This document shows, one piece after another, positions 15,201 to 28,122 of a stretch of DNA of 35,112 nt. A model generated the notes under the pieces. It did not search any database and was not told where the DNA came from. It was given only the letters and a program-made list of their open reading frames with translations. Where the stretch lies: contig CALSCP010001577.1 in assembly GCA_943704425.1 (NCBI GenBank), positions 1-35,112 on the forward strand, written 5' to 3'. A program made the position numbers and the translations under genes. Numbering within the stretch: the first letter of the stretch is position 1; the number at the start of each line of letters is the position of its first letter. Source of the DNA: Ministeria vibrans ATCC 50519 (Eukaryota > Protista > Filasterea).

Positions 15201-15642
15201 CGAGCGCAACACGACAATGGTCAAGGTGCCCGAGCGACGATCGCAGCCTCAAAAGCTCGACCACCAACAACAGCATGAACTACAAGAACTCGTAGAGCAA
15301 CAACAACATCGCCATAATCAGTCTCTGCGCAAGATTGTCGACGTCACCGGTTTCTCCTCGCCCATCTACTCGCATGGGGCGTCTGCCATTACCACCACAC
15401 CTATCTCCAGCTCCACCTTACGTCGCCGTCTTCGCGGTGTCTCTGCGTCCGCCCTGCCAACTGCGCTGGGCGATCTCACGCGTCGTGTCTCGCGTGCCCT
15501 TGGTAGAACCATTCAAAGCGCAACCAGTTTCGCGCTCCCCTCCGCTTCCGCACGCGCCGCCATCTACCACAATGCCGAACAGATGGACGCGCTTAACGAG
15601 GACTCAGACTCAGACTCAGACCCTGACCAGACGACTGTCTAA
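12256..15642 (+). CDS. Adhesion-type (family B) GPCR with N-terminal receptor L-domain-like repeats, degenerate GPS, 7TM and long C-tail; intronless, 1128 aa
   Basis: Signal peptide. L-domain-like CTVLEGDL..VQEIRG..LLNITGDLLISNN..LVWIGGDFAVFQNDNL. GPS-like C..W.LG.C..SCVC. 7TM with family-B motifs RLR..MDLCIAL, C..LLGYYF, CFL, FILP, LSVTW, FNATQG.GIF..Y. C-terminus QTTV. Confidence 0.88.
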   Translation: MLGMRLAAVVCTVWLTTFSSFVTSAHQTCQSANCTVLEGDLYFNESSYVAADWSWLAAVQEIRGTVLWQSSSFPPLPSLLNITGDLLISNNLYAHTARLPPNLVWIGGDFAVFQNDNLGVLVGNSHLRVGRSLLVHNNPQLASLGSLVGLPSAVAGNVSICGNPALCVALASSDTVRITGNAPLMDSGTASSAVACSLATLSTIQQYMAASTTSASASDDLCLALSNTVQPLVNLARPSPRLWMSASDPLVASHTISGTFDTLSWCAVDVSLATTATRQLGLFIGTAQLSTIPVLVAPAAVRLVTRLVRLRQNTRQDKLVCSTPFLSGTAFSAANSTCDAVLSHTGLFATPNLTAALSQAQAHAYINASTALLGNSVAETVLPSLVVLGGFGASVFADDATSYAQGADIISALYARQVTAAVQASLGNADSISNLLERGTQDVPPYLPVPLVDSPIAVFTMNAMQPLVPSPPVTVVLQHGLSAPTVTNTSTTLLSRVCMTRPLNDTTVRWQLGTCLTLPSPSTTTTTTSCVCPAGLTANTAVAVVVTYTTPTPPFSVYSLFHTPATLRAFAILFYGSIANMVFFALVFLTYAFLWRLRTRPMSYIMDLCIALIGVNGYLLWGFEGSFDTLRCTTSCLLGYYFVMVVLGRLAHIAIVFYRGIVSLEADHSSKPMWRIMMPLWLIVLVPTALLAILNATVSGGIGLGSAYVCFLSRTLVQRIGFILPAGLLLSFSVLCFSFTLFSLSRHRKIATGKTVSLRQHVLIILALALVLSVTWIAACVLISTLNYVVFSIFVCFNATQGIGIFLIYVARARVLQELRCSLFNHPRNTTTTSTSESPSVARSRRAAARDVRVRDSVSLDSPPPIAASAAHNNNNTTTTTTTVTFTPKISPNLDDSGGFSDQDLASAVSPDSSVVVAHLPDFMATPAVADGFSAADMELQPLSMSADHSDSDDDFLATSPPPRSVPLRKAYIQYSLPELSSERNTTMVKVPERRSQPQKLDHQQQHELQELVEQQQHRHNQSLRKIVDVTGFSSPIYSHGASAITTTPISSSTLRRRLRGVSASALPTALGDLTRRVSRALGRTIQSATSFALPSASARAAIYHNAEQMDALNEDSDSDSDPDQTTV

Positions 15643-15795
15643 GGAACGTAAAAGGAGGTTTTAAAGGCTCTTCTTTCCACTTCTTCTACTCTTAGTATGT
15701 ATTTTCGCCCATGTACAATAAGAATAAGAATAAAAATAATAATGATAAACATAAAATAATAATAATATTCAAATCGTATTAAAATAACACTGATT

Positions 15796-17242
<1,447 letters not shown>

Positions 17243-17992
17243 TGAATTGCGTAAAGATCAGTGACAAGTGATATTCCCTTGAGAATTCTCAAATTCTGAT
17301 TCTTTCCAGTCTTTTTTTTTTGAATTCCAGACTTTAATGGCATCCTTATACTCGTGGCTTTTTGCCACCCCAGAACAACCCAAAGCATTGAAAGAGACCA
17401 ATCCAGGTAATGACGGCACGCGTGCCATTGCACTTGACGTTTGAGCACACATTTGTCGCAAAAAAAAATGACAAGTTCACTTTTGAAAAAACCGTGTCAG
17501 CCGCTCATTTCGTCATCTATTCCGGGCGCCGCTTTTGCACAACCCTTTTATTTGAGGAGTATTGTCTGTTGATTGTAGAGATAACTCGTGGATTGCTTTC
17601 TGTTTTCACAACGAAAGTTTGCGAACTTTTTAACGGTTTTTTTTTGGATCTTCCCTCTCTGTCCCCGCTGCTCGCAAAGTGCGCCCCAAAGCCCGAGGCA
17701 TGCTCTTTCAATTTGACAATTACAACGAATGCAGCTGACGAGCAGTCGGCTTCGTACGCGCCGTGCGTGTTCGCATCGAGAGAATTATATTTATGACGGC
17801 CCAACGAAAGAGCCGGAAAAGAACCCCATGACCAGCCATGGAGTCGGTCCCTTGGTGTTATACGCTCTTTTTGGCGAAGCGTTGCGCAATGGCTATTGAT
17901 ATATTCGCGTGTGTTTCGCTCGTATGACAATCCACTGTTTGTTTTTGACTCTTTTTGTTTTGCCGCGCGTTTTTTTTTTTCAATCTTCGCAG

Positions 17993-18178
17993 AAAGAGAG
18001 GAGGACGAAACGTATGTAGTAGTGGGACCACAGCCCCCCGAGCCAGGGAGTGGCTATGTGGTTGTTCCTCCTGTTGAGAAGGAACCCGAAGCGGAGGCGC
18101 TGGTGATTTGCAGACCGTCAGAGACGGCGCAAGGTGAGTCGAGACTGAAGGGATCAAGTCTAATCGCTAATTATTACG

Positions 18179-18246
<68 letters not shown>

Positions 18247-18755
18247 NNNNNNNNTTTTTTTTTTTCTCAGATCAACTGGAGGAGAGCATGTATGTGCGAC
18301 TGAGGATGAATGAGAAACAAACGACGAATACGTCGAATAGGAAAGGAGGGGAAGGGACGAAGGATGAGCAGGCTGCCATTTCGATTGACGATTGGTTTGT
18401 GGTGTGCCAAGATGACTGCGAGGAGCTCAATAATGGAATTGGGGGTGTAGCGAAGGGGGGAAAGAAGGAGAAGAGGGACAGGACGAGCGCCTACGGAGAT
18501 GTGCTGGAGCGCAACCACACACTGATTCGAATGCGCGCGACACCCACCAACAGTGAAGTGCCAGCCAACGGCACTTCGTCGACGATTACTAAGGCCAAGA
18601 CGCACCAGCAGCAGCGTGTGCGTGAGCGGGCGCGTTTACACGCGTTGCTCATGCAAGACGCTGAGCCATCGAGTGGCGCGGCGGCCGACTGGAAGACGCT
18701 GGACCGATCGCAGCGCAGACTACTCAAAGCATCGCAGCGCAGAGCGCACAAGTGA
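17993..18755 (+). CDS. Hypothetical protein (exons approx. 17993-18133 and 18271-18755; first exon unresolved)
   Basis: G|GTGAGT donor near 18134 and poly-T/CAG acceptor at 18270 join ORFs 17896..18303 and 18288..18755 in frame (..SETAQDQLEESMYVRL..). Acceptor TTCGCAG near 17992. Confidence 0.55.
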
Positions 18756-18954
18756 CGAGCAGAAACGAGAGGAATCAGAGGAGACGAGAAAAAAAAAACT
18801 ATAGCGTATTAGCAGATATTCCTAAAGAAGAAGAGAACCGCCTCAAGAATCAGGCGCCACTGAAAAAACAAACATAAATAATTAATGAACTAATAATAAA
18901 AAACGTTATAATAATTATGTTATAACTTAAGTGATTATTATTTTATTTTCTTTG

Positions 18955-20859
18955 ATGGAGGCTGGTGCAGGGGTTCACCACCGCCACCATCACAGGAGGC
19001 CTCCTGGCGAGAATGCCTCGAAGCCTCATCCCGACAAGCTTAACACATCGACCAATTTTTCGTCCTCTTCCAAAGTACAGTCACTCGCCCTCTCTCTCCT
19101 CCCCTCACACTCCCATGGCCACCCACCCACCCACCCTCGCTCCCTCTCTTTGTCTCTCTGTCTCTCTCTTCAGGCACTGCAACGCAAGATGCAGGCGGCC
19201 AGGAGGCAGGGCGTCCTGAAAATGGTTGGGACTAATGTTGGCTTCTTGGACGATCTCTTTGTTGATGCTCTCAAACTCGCTTGGTGGAAGCTGTGTGTGG
19301 TCTTTCTCTTGGTCCTTGTCGCAGAAAGTGTCGTGTTCTTCGTGGTGTACCTCTTGGATGCGGAAGTGAGTTTGTGACGGACGAAGCTGAAACGACGTAC
19401 TAAATTGTGCGCTTTGCATCATACAGGGGCTAGAGGGCAACAGCGGTCCATACAGCATCTTCATGTTCTCCGTGTCGCTTACGACGACCTTTGGTGGCAC
19501 ACCAGTCTCTGCCAACTCCAATTTTGCACTTTTCATAGGCAATGTGCACACCTTGGTGACCATGCTTCATTTTGTCTTTGTCACGGGCGTTGTCTTTGCC
19601 AAACTCGCGCAAGTAAGACGTGGTTTTTGTTTAAAACAGAGCAAAGGGGATACGAATGAATGCTTTGCAGCCAAAACCGTGCGTAGAAATGGCAAAGTAT
19701 TTGATATTGGGGCGGCACAACGAGTCTGCTCACCCCTGTCTGTACACACGACTGGTCCTGACGAACAGTCCGCCTGAGCTCGTGGATGCACGCTTCACGC
19801 TGACTTACCGCCATCAGGTGGTCCTGCCGACGGGCCAACTTTTTTTGAAGCTCGACTCGCTCGCTCTTGCTCGTGCTGAAGCGCCCGTTCTCATGGTACC
19901 ATGATTGCGCGAGCTTTGAGTTTGTGAATGTGTGAGTTTGAATTTGCGTCTTTCAAACTCATTATCCTCTCTCGGTCATTGCGTGTGTGTCTCTCTGTGT
20001 CTCACTGTGTGTATGATCTTTATTTCTGTGACTCGTTGTGTGTGTTTATTTATTGCGTATGTTTCTCTGTGACTCACTATGTGTTTTGCATTTTATCTCT
20101 GTGACTCATTGTGCGTATGTTTATTTATTGTGTGTGTTTCTCGGTGACTCACTGTATGTATGCATCTCTCTATCTCTGTGACTCATTGTGTGTGTGTTTA
20201 TGTAGTATGCGAATACGGTTCGGCACTTCATCGATAAGGAGAGCCCTTTGCACGGCAAAACAATGAGTGATCTGGCGCGTGAACATGCGACGTTTGTCTT
20301 GTCAGCCATTGGAATGGACCGATTCTCAATGGAAACAGTTTATGCAGACAAGGTAAGGGTTTAGCCTGAATTCGACTGCAATCTCACTGTCACTCCAACT
20401 CGTTCTGAGTCTGACGCGCTACCCCTTTGCCCCATCTCACGCTCTTCCTTATTCTATTTCCATTTTGTTCTGTCTGACTGTATGTACATCTGCGTGTGTG
20501 TCTTGTTGTTTCGTTGTCAGGAATACAGTGCAGTCGATGGGGCGGTCATGACGGGCGTTGAGTTTGAGGACATGGTCTTGTACGTGCCGGACCGTCCTCT
20601 CGACCGCCAAATTGACCATGACAAGCTCAACGATCTTATTGTGTGTGAGCAAACGGTCTCGTATCGTCCAAGGAGCCGCAGTTCGAGTGCCTCTGCTTTT
20701 CCCGACGCAGACATAGACATCCCCACCCAGGCATCCTCACCTCCCCCTCTTCTCGTCCAAGAGAGTATGAGTGCCATTGCGTCCGATCTGCTCTATGCTG
20801 CGAGGAACAGTGATCGTGCCCATGACGGCAGTGGTGACCACAAGAACGGAGACAGCTAG
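18955..20859 (+). CDS. Inward-rectifier (Kir/KirBac-like) channel subunit with a non-canonical filter; exons 18955-19074, 19174-19365, 19427-19612, 19671-19895, 20206-20352, 20521-20859
   Basis: Slide helix FLDDLFVDALKLAWW, M1, pore helix IFMFSV, M2 ending TGVVFAKLAQPK. Cytoplasmic domain LALARAEAPVLM..HFIDKESPLHGKT..DL..A.FVLSAIGMD..EFEDMV..IDHDKLND. All introns are phase-0 GT-AG. Confidence 0.85.
19985..20200. repeat. Intronic minisatellite, approx. 32-43-bp units with core CTCTGTGACTCA
   Basis: GTGACTC recurs near 20028, 20069, 20101, 20144 and 20178, with alternating spacer types. Confidence 0.75.
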
Positions 20860-21228
20860 TGTAATACAAGTAATAATCCTTTGTACATCTTTTTGCTGAT
20901 TCTTCAAACATATCACCAAAACGCTCTCTCCATCGGATTCACATTGTGCGCTGCTTCTATGTGATCTTTCATGACCCCTCTATGAACAGATCTAGAGCCT
21001 GACAAGGCAAGATCTTGAGTGATCTACAACAAAAGAACAAACCTTTTCTTTTTTGGTGAGTTTCTCTGCTCTCAATTTCTCTCAACTAACTAATCTCAAT
21101 CTCATTTTATTTTATCCCGTGTGTAAAGCCACCACCGGTCTACTGTACCTCTCTTCCAACTCCCGTTACAGCAGCCGCGGCAGAGACTCTCGCTACAGCA
21201 ACAGACAACACCCTATTTTACAGATCAG

Positions 21229-23283
21229 ATGCAGACCATTAAATGCGTCGTCGTTGGCGTAAGTAGCTCCCCTTGTGGACCATCTGTCTCCACTGCACGC
21301 TTGTGCACCCCCTAGATTCGCATAGATTTCCTCTGTGTCTCCTCCGTTTGGCCTTTTTTCGGTTTTTTTTTTTAACCAAAAACGCCCACCACGGAGAAGC
21401 GGCAACGCATGGCGCGCTCGCGTCTGCGGGGGGGACCCTTCAACTCTGCTGCTATTCGTTGACGCCGCCCCTGACATCCCTCGTCCACTGCCACTGCTGA
21501 TTTTTCGCTCCCCTTTTCGTCATTTTCGTGTATCGCTCGCGACGCTCCAATCGACCCACCGGCTCCTCCTTGGCTGCCTCTCGCCCCCTCGACACCCGCA
21601 TCACACATCCACTGCAACGCTCCGCCGCCTCCCCGGCCATTTCGCCCCCTCCCCGTCCTCTTCTCTCTCTCTCTCGCCCTTTCGCTCACCTCCCCCCTTT
21701 TTTNNNNNNNNNNGTGTCCAGACAACGCTTATACGACGCGAATTCAAATGTGCGTCAGGTGTGCAGTGAAAACTCCCTGTCGTGTTGATCCTGCGTTTGT
21801 CAGCCACGCCCCTTCCCCCGCCGCTTTTTCTCCGCTTTCTTCCTGCTCCCCTGGACCCTCTTGATCCACCCTTGAACCCATCACCCTGTCACCCTCGAAG
21901 CCATTGTCTTTTTTTTTTCTTACCTTTTTTTTTTTTGGTTTGGGCTTCTTGCGTTTTTTTTATTTTAAGCTACGACGCATACGCATCGAATTCGCCTCTC
22001 GCTGCTCCTCCCTGCGTCTGCTCTTTACCTGTATAGGACACTGCAAACGTCCGCTTGGTCGTTTTTTGATGATTCAATGCCATTTTTGAGGTCCTTTTTT
22101 TCTTTTTTTTCCATTGACTTCCTGGCACGGGCCCCGTGACATCAACGGGGCTCGCTTGCCCACACACTGCTCGCCTTGAGTCGTTGTACGACTGGGTGTG
22201 GCGCACGTGTAAGATCTGAGCAGATTTCGGCATCTTTCGATTGCCATGACGTTTTCAAAGTGTACAGTCACTTTTTCATTTTATGCTCTCCTTTGCCGTT
22301 TTTTTATTTTGTCACATACCGCTTCGTGTCCATTCTGTCCCTCCCTCAGATTTAATGCCATGCGATGAGTGGCTTTCTCTTTCTTCTCTTGACTTTTTTT
22401 TCTCTCTGTTTTTGTTGAGTTTTTTTTTTTTTGCGGTCTTACTTTGACAACTTACTAACCCCTCTTCTTCTTCTTTTTCTTCTTCTTCTTCACATATACA
22501 TATACATACAGGACGGTGCCGTAGGAAAGACTTGTCTTTTGATTTCATACACCACCAACAAGTTTCCCTCTGAATACGTCCCAACAGTACGCTCGCGCCA
22601 GCAAGACACAGTCTGTGTGTGTGTGTGCTAACCGTGTCTTCTTTTCTTTGTCTGTCTTTAACAGGTCTTTGATAACTACGCCGTCACGGTCATGATTGGC
22701 GGAGAGCCCTACACACTTGGTCTCTTCGATACAGCAGGACAAGAAGATTACGATCGACTGCGTCCTCTTTCCTACCCGCAAACCGATGTATTCCTTGTCT
22801 GCTTCAGTGTCGTCTCACCGTCCTCGTACGAAAACGTCAAGGAGAAGTGGGTCCCAGAGGTAAAGAGAACAACCACGAGAGAGAGAGAGAGAGAGAGAGA
22901 CAAAGAGATAGAGAGAGGCACAACTGACATGCTATCTTTTGTACACAGATCTCGCATCACTGCTCCAAGACCCCGTTCCTGCTTGTCGGCACACAGGTTG
23001 ACTTGCGAGAAGACCAACAGACGGTGGAGAAACTGGCAAAGAACCGACAAAGACCCATCACAGGTACGAAAAATACTCACACGCACACACACAACTGAAC
23101 AAACGCTTGCCTCCTTTTACAGTTGAAAATGGCGATAAGAGCGCGAGAGAGTTGTCAGCGGTGAAGTATGTGGAGTGCAGTGCGTTGACACAAAAGGGAT
23201 TGAAGAACGTCTTTGACGAGGCTATCCTGGCAGCACTCGAGCCACCGGAGCAGAAGAAGAAGAAGAACTGCGCTCTTCTGTAG
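21229..23283 (+). CDS. CDC42: Rho-family GTPase Cdc42; exons 21229-21258, 22512-22586, 22665-22859, 22949-23063, 23123-23283
   Basis: Spliced [125 protein letters not shown] (polybasic region plus CAAX). Probable 5'UTR intron 21056-21223. Confidence 0.98.
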
Positions 23284-23522
23284 AGTTTGATGAGATGGAA
23301 TGATTGAGAGCTGTGTGTGTGTGAGAGAGAGAGAGAGTGGGTGAGAGAGAGAGAGAGGGAGAGAGAATGAGTGTGTGTATGTGACTCGTTATTGTGTCAT
23401 TATCATCACACAAAGATGCGATATAGAGCGTGAAATAAACCCAAAAATAATAACCATTTTATTTTCAAAAAAAATGTCTTGCAATGTACACTAGTATTAT
23501 AAGTGAAAAGGCTGAGGCCCTT

Positions 23523-24323
23523 TCAGGGCTCTCGACAGAGCTCCTGAAGGAACTCGTCAGTGGCCGTGTTGTGAATGGAGTGGCCGGCAAAGGGGAAGTC
23601 GCGGACGTCGAGGCGAGGGATAAGGGATCGCATGCAGGCGAGCGAAGTATCGTCGACACTATTGGACTGACCCGCACGCCAAACGGACACGGGATAGCGC
23701 CCATGCGCGATGGTCTCGCACGCCCGCTCGCCCTCTTTGGTTGCCAGAACACGGTGCGAGGCGAGCATCGAGGCAATGGGGTTGATGCCGCTCCAGGCGC
23801 GGCCGTTATCGCGCACAATGATCCGCTTGTGTTCGAGCCAGTCGGCGATTCGGCCCTGCCGATAGCCGAACATCATCAGGGTTGCCATGCACTCGTCGAC
23901 ATTGGCAAAGTCACGGGAGAATGCCCGACATGCCTGCAGGCGATCTTTCGTCACCTTCGGTGCGAATCGCGGCGCAATGTCCATGTCTTCGATAATGAGG
24001 CGCGCAATGTCGTCGGGAAAGCGTGCAGCGTACTCCATGGCAACGCGACCGCCCATCGAATGGCCCACCAGCGTAAACGGAAGCTGGACATTCTGTGTGC
24101 GGAGGGTCGCGTGCACGTCGGCCGCGAGCTGAGCACTTGAGAATGCGCTTTCGTCGCCCAGTTCACTCTCGCCCATCCCTCTCAAATCGAGCGCAATGGC
24201 TGACGTCTGCGTGGCGGCCAGGCGTTCGAGAACAGTCGACCAAGTGTCTTTGGCTGCGTCGAGGCCATGCAGGAACACATACCGCGGTGGTGTTGTGAGG
24301 TTTCGAGCACACGCCAAGTTCAT
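23523..24323 (-). CDS. Alpha/beta-fold hydrolase (esterase, ABHD11/YbfF-like); CDS appears intronless
   Basis: VFLHGL oxyanion motif, ALDLRGMGES, nucleophile elbow LVGHSMGG, LIIEDM, C-terminal AGHSIH. ATG at 24323 lies just after a TTTCAG acceptor. Confidence 0.85.
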   Translation of the reverse strand: MNLACARNLTTPPRYVFLHGLDAAKDTWSTVLERLAATQTSAIALDLRGMGESELGDESAFSSAQLAADVHATLRTQNVQLPFTLVGHSMGGRVAMEYAARFPDDIARLIIEDMDIAPRFAPKVTKDRLQACRAFSRDFANVDECMATLMMFGYRQGRIADWLEHKRIIVRDNGRAWSGINPIASMLASHRVLATKEGERACETIAHGRYPVSVWRAGQSNSVDDTSLACMRSLIPRLDVRDFPFAGHSIHNTATDEFLQELCREP

Positions 24324-24552
24324 CTCCTGAAAGAAAAGTGTGAAGTGATTTATCAATATTCAATGATCATTGGACATTCATGTCGATGATCGAATTGTCG
24401 AGTCACGCAATGATCGAGATTCCAGTCAGTGGAGAGTGAGTGATCAGTCTAGTCAGGCGACTCAATTGAGGCGAGTAGATTGAGAAAAGCGTTGTTTCGT
24501 TGTTTACATATTCCCAACACGACAGTCCCACTTGTATAAACTGGGCTGACTC

Positions 24553-25925
24553 TTACTGCTCCTCGGCAGTGTGTTGGGTGACAAGGGGCACGGCAGCACC
24601 CCGTTTGCGGTCAAGGGCGCCCTTGTACGGTGGGTTGATAGGCATTTGCGGAGGCGCATGGGCCTCGTAGGCGACGCCGTTGAGTGCGAGTGGGTACGAC
24701 TGGTCGGCGTCGTAGGCAGAAAGGTCGCCACACGCAAGAAACGGCACAATGGTGCGTGCGGGACCCACAGCCATCTCGTCAGTGGGCGAGTATGAGTGGG
24801 CGTTGAGTAGCGGCGCCGACATGGTTGGCGTGTAGCCCTCGGGTGGACAGTAGCCCTGTTGTAGTTGAAAAGTGTCAGAGAAACAGAAAGGAGATAGAGA
24901 AGCAGAAAGGAGATAGACAAAAAGGAGATAGAGAAACAGAAAGGAGATAGACAAAAAGGAGATAGAGAAACAGAAAGGAGATAGAAAAACAGAAAGGAGA
25001 GAGAGAAGCAGAAAGGAGATAGACAAAAAGGAGACAGGAATAGACAAAAAGAAGACAGGAATAGACAAAAAGGAGAGAGAGAAGCAGAAAGGAGATAGAC
25101 AAAAAGGAGAGAGAGAAGCAGAAAGGAGATAGAGAAGCAGAGACAGAGATAGAGATAGAGAGAACACGTATATTTTTATGTTATTATGGCATTATAATGA
25201 GTGTGATACCTGGCAGACAATGAAGCTCTCAATGGACGAGTGACGCGAACTGCGTGGTTTGGCGCAAGTGACTGTCGTAAAGAACATTTTCAGTTGCGAG
25301 AAAAGCAGTGAGATGTCTTTGCCGCGGAAGATTTTGCTGACAAAGGTGCCGTTGGGACGAAGCAGGTGTGTGGTGATGTTGATGGCTGCAAGAAGGAGTT
25401 GCGCCTGTGCCACATTCGTTAGTTGTCCTTGTTCGAGCGTGTTTTTCCCCTACCTGGATGTACTCATCGATGTCGTGGAGTCCCGTGACATCGGGGGCCC
25501 CGTCGCAGATGACCAGGTCTGCCTGTTCGCCGTCAAAGTGACCGATAATCTCGCGAGCTGTCTCCTCTTTGGTAATGTCGCCCTGCAGTGTAATGACGCC
25601 GGGAAGCGGCGCCATTTCCTATGCGGGCAAGGAGGGAAGGTGCGTGAGGGTGGGTGTGCGGTGGAGGACGGGAGAGGCAGCGTGTGCGTACCTGCAGGTC
25701 GACAGCGACAATTTTGGCGTCGGGTTGATCGCGCATGGACCGACTGAGAACCTGTGACCACGAGCCAGGGGCGGCGCACAGATCCACGACGCGAGTGCAG
25801 TTGTCAAGAAGGTGAAATTCTTCATCCAGCTGGAGTAGTTTGAATGCCGAGCGTGCACGCCAGCCCTGCACAGGGACGAAGGAAGCATGGCGTGAGCCAT
25901 CGTTTCTTCTTTACCCACACAAAAG

Positions 25926-25976
<51 letters not shown>

Positions 25977-26049
25977 CTATATATGTATGTACCTGCTCCT
26001 TTGCTAGTCGATAGTAGATGTCGCGTTTATCTTTACTAGCTCGACCCAT
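24553..26049 (-). CDS. FTSJ1: tRNA (C32/G34) 2'-O-methyltransferase Trm7/FTSJ1; 5 exons
   Basis: Spliced [140 protein letters not shown]. Confidence 0.96.
24877..25162. repeat. Purine-rich minisatellite (AAAGGAGATAGAGAAACAG / AAAGGAGATAGACAA units) in the last FTSJ1 intron
   Basis: Alternating approx. 19- and 14-bp units are directly visible. Confidence 0.9.
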
Positions 26050-26256
26050 TTCAACTAATTGAGAAGGAAAAGTGTTGGTTATAAAAATATGTAAATTAAT
26101 CGGAAATATTTTGAATTAATAGTAAAAAATTTTACTTTTAATTTGGGAAAGACAAGAAAGGTGTCATAGCTATAATAATTATTGCTATCATTATGTGAAG
26201 TGTACTCAAACTTTTTTTTATTATTTATCTCACAACTTTGAGTTCGGGGAGGCGAT

Positions 26257-28025
<1,769 letters not shown>

Positions 28026-28122
28026 TGTTTATGGTGTTTGTGAGGGGTGTTTTTTTTTTGCGAAGAAGAAAAAAATTAGAAGATTAAAACTTTCGATCTT
28101 TTTTATTCCCCCAACTTACAAC
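28026..28122. promoter_or_regulatory. Compact bidirectional promoter/5'UTR region between GAPDH and RPL10A
   Basis: Only 97 bp separate the divergent ATGs (28025 on -, 28123 on +). AT-rich, with a pyrimidine tract ahead of RPL10A. Confidence 0.7.

Noticed and set aside
17279-17292. Perfect 14-bp palindrome TTGAGAATTCTCAA upstream of the LRR gene
   Set aside because: A single AT-rich palindrome of this length can occur by chance in 35 kb, and there is no second copy.
17410-17930. ORFs 17410..17796 (+) and 17517..17930 (-)
   Set aside because: AT-rich, no recognisable motifs, located between divergent genes. Probably promoter or UTR sequence.
19481-19504. Idea that the channel filter arose by a CNG-like two-residue deletion
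   Set aside because: The recalled KirBac alignment is gapless from FSV to TG, so these are substitutions. The CNG resemblance is only superficial.
24877-25162. Regularly spaced repeats that could suggest a CRISPR array
   Set aside because: No unique spacers, intronic, eukaryotic context and no cas genes. This is a minisatellite.
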